From the NCBI GenBank assembly GCA_963666515.2, contig OY762897.2:2048001-2112000 (forward strand): DNA of 64,000 nucleotides, given 5' to 3'. Positions within the stretch are counted from its first letter, which is position 1; every line of letters starts with the position of its first letter. The translations under genes were made by a program, and so were the position numbers. This document shows, piece after piece, positions 55,601 through 64,000 of this stretch. The notes under the pieces are model-generated. The model saw nothing but the letters and a program-made list of their open reading frames with translations. It had not been told where the DNA came from and did not search any database. This stretch comes from Candidatus Binatia bacterium (GTDB lineage Bacteria > Desulfobacterota > Binatia > UBA9968 > JAJDTQ01).

Positions 55601-57353
55601 CCGGCCCCGTTGCCGTACAGGTGCTCCACGACCCGTTCGAGAGTCTCGCGCTTCGCCCTTTTCTTCACCAACCGCTCGACTTCCTCCATTTCCTGGGGTG
55701 ACGGCAACGGCAGTGCTTCCATCTCGTAGGCCGAGACGGCCACGCTACCGTTGATGCACCGGAATACCTGGTCGACGACGTGACTGTTCAAGAGGGCTGC
55801 CAACGCCGCCGGCGCCACCTTCGGGGTGTCGTCAAGCGGTTTGATCATGTTCAAGTGATTCTCGACGACAACCGCACCGTACTCGTCCATAAACGGCTCG
55901 GGCAGTTCCACCGCGATCAAACGCCGGCATTGCTCCTTGGCCGTCGTCCTTTGCAACAGCACGCACGGTGATCCGTCACGACCCAGGTCTCGTTTGCGTT
56001 CGGCTCAAAATAGGGTTTGTGGTTTCGCTTGTCCGCCCTGAACTCGAACACGCCATCGGACCGTACGGATTCAGCCCAGATCAAAGGATAGCGTCCCTTT
56101 CCCGGTCGGTCCCGCAGGCTCTCCTTGTGGCGGTTCCACACCAGTGGTCCCGTACTGACCGTGTAACCGTAGTCCGCCAACCGATGGGGCATCTCGTCAA
56201 CCCGCCGTACCAGCGCGTCTTGTGCTTCCTTCCTGGGCATCAGCCACGGATGGTCCACGGTCTCGGGCAAGTTGAACGAGCCTGTGGGGTTCGTCTCGAT
56301 ACAGCCGTCTGGTTCCGGTGTGACGAAATGCACCTCTCCGGCTGTTGGATCCCCTCCGTGTCGGTAGGTTGCCAAGAGCGTTTCCTGCAGCACGTTGGCG
56401 AACACGCCCTTGCGTGCTCCGATGAAATCAATCCTCACCGGCGGCGCTTCCCGTCCCAGCAATCCGCGTAGCGCCTTGAAATACTCCCCGGCCAGGAAAC
56501 TCGTCGGGGTCACGAAAGCAATGATCCCGCCCGGCCGCGAGAAACGGAGCGCCAAGTCCGTGAACACGCCGTACAGGTTCGCATGGCCGAACAGGCTACG
56601 CCGATATTTCTTGCGCAACCACGACGACAGCGTGATGCGCCCGTAGGGCGGATTCCCCACCACCAAATCGAACCCTTCTTCCCCCGGCATCTGGTCGAGA
56701 CTGTCGCACACACGCACGACGGACCGAAGCCGGATGCCTGGTTCGCCGTACAGTCCACCGAGCGTCACATCGAGAAACACCTGCGACATCCAAGCCGCAA
56801 ACGGGTCCAGCTCGAACCCGATCAAGCGACGTTGTATGTCCCTCAGAGCAGCATTGGCGCTGCGGTCCTTGAGGCATTCCGCCATGCGCCGGGCCACCGG
56901 AGACAAGAAGGCGCCCCCGCCACAAGCCGGGTCCAGCACCCGGGCCGAAAGCCAGTCGACGCCGGCGTACGTCGCCATATCCAACAGCCGCTCGCACAGT
57001 GCTGGCGGGGTGTAGTACGCGCCCAACTGCGCCCGGAACGTGCTGGGCATCATCCCGGTGTAAAGCGTTCCGATCATGTAGCCGGTGTCCGCGACATCCA
57101 ACTCGGAAGCCGCCGTCCCGATGCTTTCCGCCAACTCCGCTGCTTCCTCTGAGACCGCAGGAAGCTCTATCTCGGACGGGACGTTGCGGAGTGCCCAACC
57201 TCGACCGGACACCGCATCGACGTGCGTCCAGTAAGCGGAGATTGCGCCGAAGACGACCGCCCGCGCGAAGTCCAATCGGGCTTCGCCGGTGACCGACGAC
57301 GCCAGTGTCCGGGCGCTCGACGATAGATGCTCAACCATCGACCGGGCTGACAT
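55597..57353 (-). pseudogene. N6-adenine DNA methyltransferase (PstI/BsuBI/Eco57I-M type) with a frameshift at ~55967
   Basis: LGAYYTPP, VLDPACGGGAFL, VVGNPPYG, HANLYG, PTSFL, TGPLVWNR; C-terminal CVLLQRTTAKEQ..VENHLN..GSVAVSAYE lies in another frame; start codon uncertain. Confidence 0.8.
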
Positions 57354-57479
57354 TGCCGGATCCCTCTCTCCGTTCGCCGCCAAATTCACCACCCCCGTCG
57401 TCACGATGCCTCGGGTCCCGTATTCAACCGCCGGACCTGTCTCTCCCGGATAACACATGCACCCGACGGGTTCCTTGGG

Positions 57480-59027
57480 TCAAGGGTGGGAGTTTTCCCC
57501 GAACGCCTTGAGGTACGCGGCCTCGATCCGCACCACCTCTTCCTCGGTCAGCGCCGCGAATTCGTTCTCGCGACGACGGCGGGGCAGTGTCCCGCCGTTC
57601 TGTTGCAGGAAGCGAAACAGGAGGTCGGCCAGACGGTCCGGCAGATCGAGCATCACGTCCAGGTCGGCACGGAACGCATCGTATCGTTTCAGGAAAGCCG
57701 CTTCTACGGGCAAATCGTGCTCCACGGTCCGCTGCACGCACGCGTACAGGAACTCCGTTTGGGGCGTGGCATCGAAGAACCGATAGAAGTCCCCGGTGTC
57801 CGTGAGCACGCGGACATTGCCGTTGTCGGTCGCCTCCCAGTCCACGACCGGCAGAAGCCTCCGCGAATAGTCCTCAAGCGCCGCCCGGTAGCCCTCCATC
57901 CGGTCCAGGATCACGGCCGAGACCGGGAAGACGACGCCCGGCGGGTTGAATCCGCGTTCCGCCAGGACGTGGTGCATCAGGTAGCGATGCAACCTGCCGT
58001 TGCCGTCCTCGAAGGGATGGATGAACACGAACCCGAACGCGAGGACCGACGCGGCCACAACCGGATCGAGCTGCCGCGCGGCCTGCCTGTCGAAGGCGGT
58101 TACGCCGTCGATGAGCCGTGTCAGGTCCTCGGGCCGGGCGCTGATGTGAACCGGGATCGGCATGCGCGTGTCGCGATCGTGCTCGCCGACAAAACCGCCC
58201 TCGGTCCGCAGGCCGGGACGCAGGAAACGAAAATCGCCTACTACGATGCGCTGCAAACGCTGCAACTCTTCGAGGTCAATGGGTTGTCCGCCGGCTTGGG
58301 CGATGGCGCGGCCCCACCGTTGAACGCGGTCCTCCCGGGGACGCTCGCCCTCGATGGCGAAGCTGGACCTGGAGTCCTTCAGCAAAAGGAAAGCGGCGGT
58401 TCTTGCCAGCAGATCGCGCGGCACGGCGGCGGCCGCCTGCCGGGCGCGTACTTGCAACTCCATGCGGACAAAGCGCTCCAGCACATCCGTTCGAAACACC
58501 AGCGGACAGAAATCCGGCGTGCCGGGCAGGTTGTTCTTGACCCGATGCCGGGACGAAATCTGCGCGGGCGCTGCGTATTGCTGATCCGGATCGACCACGT
58601 GCGGGTACATGCCGCGATCGGCGTCCGGCAGACCCAGACGCTGTCCGGTCAACCATTCGTAGAGGAACCACATACGCCGCGCGTACGAGCCCGTCGGCTT
58701 TGCCCGGACGATCGCCTCGACGGGTCCGGGACCGGCCGCGGCGAAGAGGCGCTTGAGAACGGCCAGGTCGAGTCCTTCGTATTTGAGAGCGAAGGTCAGG
58801 TGATCTTCAAGTGTGGGATCCGGAGCATAGCGGGGCGGGTAGATGCGCCAGCCGCCTTCTTCGATGCGTCTGTGGCGTTCTCCCACCGCACTGAGGGTGC
58901 GGGGCAACGGCACACGCAGACCATAGGCCCCGATCAGCGCGGCATAGCCGGCCGGGGAGGCTGGAACAGGGAGGCGCCGCTCGTGAAAAACAGTAACGGG
59001 GCCTGCGAAACGATTATGACGGAGCAT
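57480..59027 (-). CDS. Fic-domain protein
   Basis: Canonical HPFEDGNGRLHR; GYAALI, LTFALKYEG, SRSSFAIEGE; start MLRHNRF chosen (ORF extends to 59144). Confidence 0.9.
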   Translation of the reverse strand: MLRHNRFAGPVTVFHERRLPVPASPAGYAALIGAYGLRVPLPRTLSAVGERHRRIEEGGWRIYPPRYAPDPTLEDHLTFALKYEGLDLAVLKRLFAAAGPGPVEAIVRAKPTGSYARRMWFLYEWLTGQRLGLPDADRGMYPHVVDPDQQYAAPAQISSRHRVKNNLPGTPDFCPLVFRTDVLERFVRMELQVRARQAAAAVPRDLLARTAAFLLLKDSRSSFAIEGERPREDRVQRWGRAIAQAGGQPIDLEELQRLQRIVVGDFRFLRPGLRTEGGFVGEHDRDTRMPIPVHISARPEDLTRLIDGVTAFDRQAARQLDPVVAASVLAFGFVFIHPFEDGNGRLHRYLMHHVLAERGFNPPGVVFPVSAVILDRMEGYRAALEDYSRRLLPVVDWEATDNGNVRVLTDTGDFYRFFDATPQTEFLYACVQRTVEHDLPVEAAFLKRYDAFRADLDVMLDLPDRLADLLFRFLQQNGGTLPRRRRENEFAALTEEEVVRIEAAYLKAFGENSHP

Positions 59028-59161
59028 GGTCTCAATATCCGATAACAGACGTTGAAGTTTGATGAAAAATAGTAACACATGGCGTGAGGTTAGAAAAGAC
59101 CGTCTGGTCGAGAACCGCCCATCCGGTTGATTTTGATTCGACAAGACTCGATATTCATGGC

Positions 59162-59848
59162 CTAATCTGCCTTCGCCTGCCTCCGCATGAACCCCTTGCC
59201 CGTTAGGCAGGTCCTCACATATCTCCAGCGATCCGAGGGAGTCGGGTCCATCAAGCCTCCCCGTCCCCCGCCAATTGCATCATACGCCGCCATCACGCAC
59301 TCCGATCTGGCTTTCTCCTGATCGCTTGGCGTCATCGTCGGATGCGCCCACAGAGCCCATGATCCCAGGTCCTCCCACTCTTCCTGGGTCATCCTCGTAA
59401 ACCCTTCGCTCATCAGACATAGGGAGTTGTTGCTGCGGATGTACGCCTCGCGATCCCTGCGCGACAACTGCAAGCTGCCCTCCTGCGCTTCCTTGGCGCA
59501 TTTCGCGTAGATTTTCATGGCTGCCTTAGAGTCCATGCCCGGAGGGGCGATGTGATAGATGGTAGGGGATGACTCGAAAAGACCGAGTTGAAACCCCGTC
59601 ACCACGGTCCCCAGGACAAGAAGGACGCCAGCGACCAGCAGCACAGGCTTCCAGGGAATGCGATACTGTCTCAACCGCCGAACAAGAAGCCATAGAATTG
59701 TGCCAAATCCGATGAGGATCAGCAGTAGTGCGGCCAATCCCACCAAAGCTGCCACGTCCCATCTCGCATCGCGAAGCGCCTCCCATGTGGCCTCGGACAT
59801 AAGCACCAAACCAAATTGTCGTATAAACTCCACAACCTTTGCGTACAT
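59162..59848 (-). CDS. Hypothetical membrane protein with two Cys-containing periplasmic repeats
   Basis: Two TM segments, then two C...C(L/M)..GF units (AKCAKEA...LCLMSEGF; SECVMAA...TCLTGKGF); GGAGAG RBS. Confidence 0.6.
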   Translation of the reverse strand: MYAKVVEFIRQFGLVLMSEATWEALRDARWDVAALVGLAALLLILIGFGTILWLLVRRLRQYRIPWKPVLLVAGVLLVLGTVVTGFQLGLFESSPTIYHIAPPGMDSKAAMKIYAKCAKEAQEGSLQLSRRDREAYIRSNNSLCLMSEGFTRMTQEEWEDLGSWALWAHPTMTPSDQEKARSECVMAAYDAIGGGRGGLMDPTPSDRWRYVRTCLTGKGFMRRQAKAD

Positions 59849-60046
59849 CAGCTCTCCGTCCCCTGTTCACGGCAGGGATTCAAGCCCACTACGGATACCT
59901 TCAGTTCTTTACCCTTCGCAAGCTGGGTCGGCTAACAGCTCGCCGTGTCGGCCCACAACCATGCGGCTAGAGTGGCCGACAGCGCGGTCCTGGACACGTT
60001 TGGACACGTAGACCTTGGCACCCGAAGGTGGTGAACGGATCGGTTG

Positions 60047-61237
60047 TCATGGACGCAAAGCGAGAGAAGCTGTTTTCGCGTCGTAGCAATACTGGGTGAT
60101 GGTTCCGTCTCGGATCTTCTCGACGGCATCGTCGATCGCGCCAAGGGGCACCAGGAACCACTCGTGCGGGACAACAGGATTGCCGAAACGATCCTTGATC
60201 TCGACCTCAAGTCGCACTGGAGCAAAGATGCGGTGGATCAGGTTCTCCAGCTTGCTGCGGTTGATGTTGTAGAGCTTGTAAGTAGCGACGACCTCAACAT
60301 CCGCCATCAGGAACGTCGGTTGAAGCCTTGCGCCTGCTATGCGCTCTTCAACACCTGCATTCGTGACGCCGATCTTGTGGACCAGTTCGCGGTTCTCCGC
60401 GATGAACGGAAAATCGGATTTGCTTCTCAGGACATAGATCGTTCCGCTGGCCTCGTCGCCGTCTGCCGTCTGGTCGGCAAACAGGGGGCCGGCCGTGGCA
60501 TCGGCAATCCTTCTGCCCGCGGCATCCTTGTGCAGCGCACGCTGAAGCGAGCGCATGAGCATGTTGTTTTCGGTGCCGTTGTCAAAAATCACGCGTAGCC
60601 GGGCGTCCGTGTCGCCATACTGTTGCGTGAACTGCTTCCCTATTTCGGCCACATAGGCCTTCTGGCCGCCGACGATGAAGAACCGGCCTGGTTGGATTTC
60701 AGCCTTGAGCTCGACCGGACAGGTCTCGCGGATGCCCATATCGAGTTCTTTCTGGACCTGCTCAAAGAGCGGTCTGAACGTCTCGAAGTCCTCGCATTTC
60801 CGGCGGGTGGCGACTTCCTCCGTCGCGCGCCTTTCGGCAGTCGATCTCACATGGCGAAGCTCGGTAATGTCTGGCGCCCTGGCCTCAACGCCGAGTTCGG
60901 CCAACAGTGCATCATCATCCATGTCGTCAGGCAACGGCGATGTCGTTGCAGCTACACCCGTCAGGAGCGCGTGACGGTCGATGGGCGCAAGCAGCGAGCG
61001 GGATTCTTCCTGTTCGCGGATACGATCCAGCCTGACCGCATGGAGTCGCTCGAAAACGTCGCGGTCCTCGCCATGCTGTGGCGCGCGGCCATGCGCCTCA
61101 ACGAACCGCTGGATTTCTTCAAAGCCTGCTATGATCCGTTCATCGCGTGGCGTGCGGCTGGCCGCCTTCACGGGTTCGACCTCGACCCCGAGGTCGGCAA
61201 GAAGGGCGTCGTCCTCTTCCGTGAAGTCCTTAGACAT
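60047..61237 (-). CDS. yeeC: T5orf172/GIY-YIG-domain protein, YeeC-like
   Basis: ERIIAGFEEIQRF, DARLRVIFDNGTE..LMRSLQRAL, GTIYVLRS, HKIGVT, PTFLMADVEVVATY, EWFLVPL. Confidence 0.75.
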   Translation of the reverse strand: MSKDFTEEDDALLADLGVEVEPVKAASRTPRDERIIAGFEEIQRFVEAHGRAPQHGEDRDVFERLHAVRLDRIREQEESRSLLAPIDRHALLTGVAATTSPLPDDMDDDALLAELGVEARAPDITELRHVRSTAERRATEEVATRRKCEDFETFRPLFEQVQKELDMGIRETCPVELKAEIQPGRFFIVGGQKAYVAEIGKQFTQQYGDTDARLRVIFDNGTENNMLMRSLQRALHKDAAGRRIADATAGPLFADQTADGDEASGTIYVLRSKSDFPFIAENRELVHKIGVTNAGVEERIAGARLQPTFLMADVEVVATYKLYNINRSKLENLIHRIFAPVRLEVEIKDRFGNPVVPHEWFLVPLGAIDDAVEKIRDGTITQYCYDAKTASLALRP

Positions 61238-63281
61238 CGGTGGCCTGGGCTTTCATCCGGGCAAGGAAGGCCACGCCTTCGGCCATGCGCTTCTCCCAAG
61301 CATCGGGCGATGTGATTGAAGGGAGCCGGCCGCGCTCCTGCTTGAACTTCAGGGCACGTCTTGCGAGGTCGCGGGCCTCCTCGGGGGTAAGCTGGATCTT
61401 CTTGGCTGAAATGACGGCGGCAACCTGCTTCAAGCTTTCCTCGCTCATCGTCTTGGCGAGGATGGCATACGCTTCGCCAAACGGATTGATCCGGTCAATG
61501 AGGTCGATATTGAGGTCGCGGACATCCATCGCGAATTTCCGCACCCCGTCGATCAACGCCGTGCCGCCATTGTACTCGGTCTCGTCGTCGCCAACCACGA
61601 ACTCTTTCGCCTTTTGGGTCAGGTTCAGGGCGGCAATGGCATGTTGGCGCACCGCCTCCTGATCCACTTCGTCGAGATCGGGGTACCGGTCCTTGATGAT
61701 TTTGCCCATCCGCACCTGGGTCAGTTCCTCGGGCACAAGCTCGTCGTCAAAAATCCCACGTTCGACGGCCGTCTTGTCCTGCACAAAGGCGGTAATCACC
61801 TCGTTCAGGTCTTCCTGACAGATACGCCCGGCTTCCTTGCTCTTCGGCTCCGCCAACCCCTTGATTTCGACCTGGAACTGGCCGGTTTCCTCGTTGAAGC
61901 CGATATTGCACTTGTCCGAGTCGTAGCCCCCGTCCCCATAGTCGAAGCCTTCGACCGGCCCGCTATCCTGCACCTTGGGCGTGAAGTTGAAGCGCGGAGT
62001 CAGCACCTGTTCCATGAGCAAGCTCGCCGCGATGGCCTTGAGCGTGTCGTTCACGGCCTCGGTGACGGCCTCTTCGGAGGCATCCGGCTCCGCAATCAAG
62101 TTGGTGAAGCGGGTACGAGTCTTGCCGGGTGCGTCGCGGGTAGCACGGCCGATGATTTGCACGATCTCGGTCAGGCTTGACCGGTAGCCGACCGTCAGCG
62201 CGTGATCGCACCAGATCCAATCGAACCCCTCCTTGGCCATGCCCAGAGCGACGATGATGTCCACATGGTCACGGTTGTTCTTCTGCGCGGGGTCCCTGAG
62301 CGCCGCGACGACCCGGTCCCGCCGGACGGGGTTGTCATCGACCAGATCGGCGATCCGGAGGACACGGCCTGCGGACGTCTTCACCAGTTGAAATCCGCTC
62401 GCTGGATCGGTCCCCTGCCACTCGCCCAGTTCCTCGATGATGTGCTCGACCTCCCGGACCTTGTCCTTGGTGCTCTCCCGTGAATTGACGCTTGGAATGT
62501 GAAGGATCGTCTTCTCGTCTGGATCCAAGACCTTCAGAATGTCGTCCGCGTAACTCCCAGTGTAGAAGAAGTAGCCGATGTCAAGTTGCTTCAAGTGCTC
62601 ATAACCGTTGAGCTGCTCGTAGTAGGTGTAGGTAACGCTCTCGAACTTCGCCTCGTCATCCGGCATCAGCACGGGTTCGGCATCCCCTCGGAAGTACGAC
62701 CCGGTCATCGCCACGATGTGGGTCTTGCCGCGTACAAGGAACTGGCCGAGGTGCAGGCCCAGCTTGTTGTCGGGATTGGCCGAGGCATGATGGAACTCAT
62801 CCACGGCCATCAACCGGTCATCGAAGGCTTCGACGCCGAACTTGTCCACTGCGAAGCGAAAGGTGGCGTGGGTGCAGATCAGCACCTGATCGCTGCTGTC
62901 GAGAAACGCCTTGACCGACCTGATTTTGCCGCCCTCGGTACCTGGCGCATTGCAAAGGTTCCATTGCGGCTCGACCGTCCAGTCGGCCCAGAAGCCGAAT
63001 TGGCTCAAGGGCTCGTCATGGAAGCTGGCGCCAATCGTCTTCTCGGGCACGACGATGATCGCTTGGCGAAGCCCCTGGTTGCGGATCTTGTCCAGCGCGA
63101 TGAACATCAGCGCCCGGCTCTTGCCGGATGCCGGCGGCGATTTGATCAGCAGATACTGCTCTCCTCGCTTCGCCCAGGCCCGCTCCTGCATCGGGCGCAT
63201 GCCCAGTTCGTTGGATCTGGTCGAGTTGCCGGTCTGCGCGTAGGTGACGGAGACGGAGGGAATGGTCCTGTCGGTAGTCAT
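61230..63281 (-). CDS. yeeB: DEAD/DEAH-box SF2 helicase, YeeB-like
   Basis: GMRPMQ, Walker A SPPASGKSRAL, DEFHH, MTGSYFRGD, ALGMAKEGFDW, QIIGRATRD. Confidence 0.8.
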   Translation of the reverse strand: MTTDRTIPSVSVTYAQTGNSTRSNELGMRPMQERAWAKRGEQYLLIKSPPASGKSRALMFIALDKIRNQGLRQAIIVVPEKTIGASFHDEPLSQFGFWADWTVEPQWNLCNAPGTEGGKIRSVKAFLDSSDQVLICTHATFRFAVDKFGVEAFDDRLMAVDEFHHASANPDNKLGLHLGQFLVRGKTHIVAMTGSYFRGDAEPVLMPDDEAKFESVTYTYYEQLNGYEHLKQLDIGYFFYTGSYADDILKVLDPDEKTILHIPSVNSRESTKDKVREVEHIIEELGEWQGTDPASGFQLVKTSAGRVLRIADLVDDNPVRRDRVVAALRDPAQKNNRDHVDIIVALGMAKEGFDWIWCDHALTVGYRSSLTEIVQIIGRATRDAPGKTRTRFTNLIAEPDASEEAVTEAVNDTLKAIAASLLMEQVLTPRFNFTPKVQDSGPVEGFDYGDGGYDSDKCNIGFNEETGQFQVEIKGLAEPKSKEAGRICQEDLNEVITAFVQDKTAVERGIFDDELVPEELTQVRMGKIIKDRYPDLDEVDQEAVRQHAIAALNLTQKAKEFVVGDDETEYNGGTALIDGVRKFAMDVRDLNIDLIDRINPFGEAYAILAKTMSEESLKQVAAVISAKKIQLTPEEARDLARRALKFKQERGRLPSITSPDAWEKRMAEGVAFLARMKAQATDV

Positions 63282-63604
63282 TGGAACAGTTCAGCATGGG
63301 TGCCGACACGAGTGAAATACACCGAGCCGCTGGGGCCGTCTGTGTCGTCGATGCGATAAATCAGCAGGAAGTCGCCGCCGACATGGCATTCCCGGTGGTC
63401 CGCCCATTCACCCTTCAGCGGGTGATCCTTCCGTTCCGGACCGAGCGGGGCATCGTTGGCGATGAGAAGCAGCATGACCGCCTTCAGCCGCTTCATGTCG
63501 AATCGGCCGGAACGCGAAAGCCGTCTCCAGTCCTTCAGGAATTCCCTGGAGTAGTCAACCCGGCGCGGCGGGTTGCTTCTCTTACTGGTCGCCGGCTTCT
63601 TCAA
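63278..63604 (-). CDS. yafQ: YafQ-family mRNA interferase toxin
   Basis: YSREFLKDW, KDHPLKGEWADHRECHVGGDFLLIY, RVGTHAELF. Confidence 0.88.
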   Translation of the reverse strand: MKKPATSKRSNPPRRVDYSREFLKDWRRLSRSGRFDMKRLKAVMLLLIANDAPLGPERKDHPLKGEWADHRECHVGGDFLLIYRIDDTDGPSGSVYFTRVGTHAELFQ

Positions 63605-63863
63605 GGTCGGTAAACATCTCGTCCGCGTTCGCGAATCGTGCCTTGCGCGTCTTCACCATCTCGTCGACCTCGGCCATCGCTCTTCGCGTTTGCGCGTTCG
63701 GAACCTTGAGTTCGAGAGGGAATGCCTGATCGACCGCGATGCGGTGGAACAGCAGGCGCACGGCATCGGAAACCGTCATCCCCATCGCCGCCAGAGTCTC
63801 GGTCGCCTTCCGCTTCAAAGCGGTGTCCATCCGGACGTGGAGCATGGAACTTTGTGTGCTCAT
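63582..63863 (-). CDS. dinJ: RelB/DinJ-family antitoxin
   Basis: LHVRMDTALKRKA..LAAMGMTVSDAVRL...FPLELKVPNAQTRRAMAE. Confidence 0.88.
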   Translation of the reverse strand: MSTQSSMLHVRMDTALKRKATETLAAMGMTVSDAVRLLFHRIAVDQAFPLELKVPNAQTRRAMAEVDEMVKTRKARFANADEMFTDLEEAGDQ

Positions 63864-63875
63864 TGAAGCCTCCCG

Positions 63876-63891
63876 TATCTCACCTGAGATA
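63876..63891. promoter_or_regulatory. Putative DinJ operator
   Basis: Inverted repeat TATCTCA-CC-TGAGATA just upstream of the dinJ RBS. Confidence 0.6.
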
Positions 63892-63926
63892 TGTCAGGTC
63901 AACGCGATCCAGTCAACCGGACGCGA

Positions 63927-63998
63927 TCAGACCGCCCTCCTGTTGCCGGCCATCTCCGTGTACATCTCGAACAGTTTCTCCAGACGCTCCGTATCGTT
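63927..63998 (-). CDS. yeeA: 3' end of an MmeI-like/YeeA DNA methyltransferase (partial, enters from right edge)
   Basis: NDTERLEKLFEMYTEMAGNRRAV* resembles the YeeA/MmeI-family C-terminus; lies upstream of yeeB/yeeC-like genes. Confidence 0.6.
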   Translation of the reverse strand, partial: NDTERLEKLFEMYTEMAGNRRAV

Positions 63999-64000
63999 CC

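Overview
High-GC bacterial DNA with two very different parts. (1) Positions ~330-51,600 form a large catabolic island for aromatic/heteroaromatic compounds, built from paralogous enzyme families: 2 UbiD-family (de)carboxylases, 2 4,5-dihydroxyphthalate-decarboxylase-like proteins, 4 gentisate/1-hydroxy-2-naphthoate-dioxygenase-type bicupins, 3 DHDPS-fold aldolases (2 NahE/PhdJ-like), 5 amidohydrolase_2 proteins and 2 hydantoinase/oxoprolinase A+B pairs (one with an acetone-carboxylase-gamma-like subunit). It also encodes a GST, a heme-oxygenase-like diiron enzyme, an LLM monooxygenase, RidA, TctABC, ABC and MFS transporters, and three families of intergenic palindromic repeats. Embedded at ~9.3-13.0 kb is an unrelated cassette: a membrane-anchored LuxR regulator divergent from an extremely acidic (G/N)DE-repeat protein, a TbpB-like lipoprotein and a 2OG-Fe(II) oxygenase. 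(2) Positions ~51,600-64,000 are an accessory/defence region. It holds an orphan AbrB/MazE antitoxin, an orphan ABC solute-binding protein, a decayed PstI/BsuBI-type R-M pair, a Fic protein and a YeeABC-like (MmeI-like MTase, helicase, GIY-YIG) operon containing a dinJ-yafQ module. Its best novelty candidate is a 1.87-kb putative mobile element: no terminal inverted repeats, bounded by CTAG at both ends (reconstructed empty site is the palindrome CGACTAGTCG), carrying subterminal hairpins and a multi-stem 5' leader, and encoding a protein with Rep_trans-like YxK...RxE motifs and a C-terminal wHTH. No rRNA, tRNA or CRISPR array was seen. All protein calls come from motif recognition by eye; no database searches were run.
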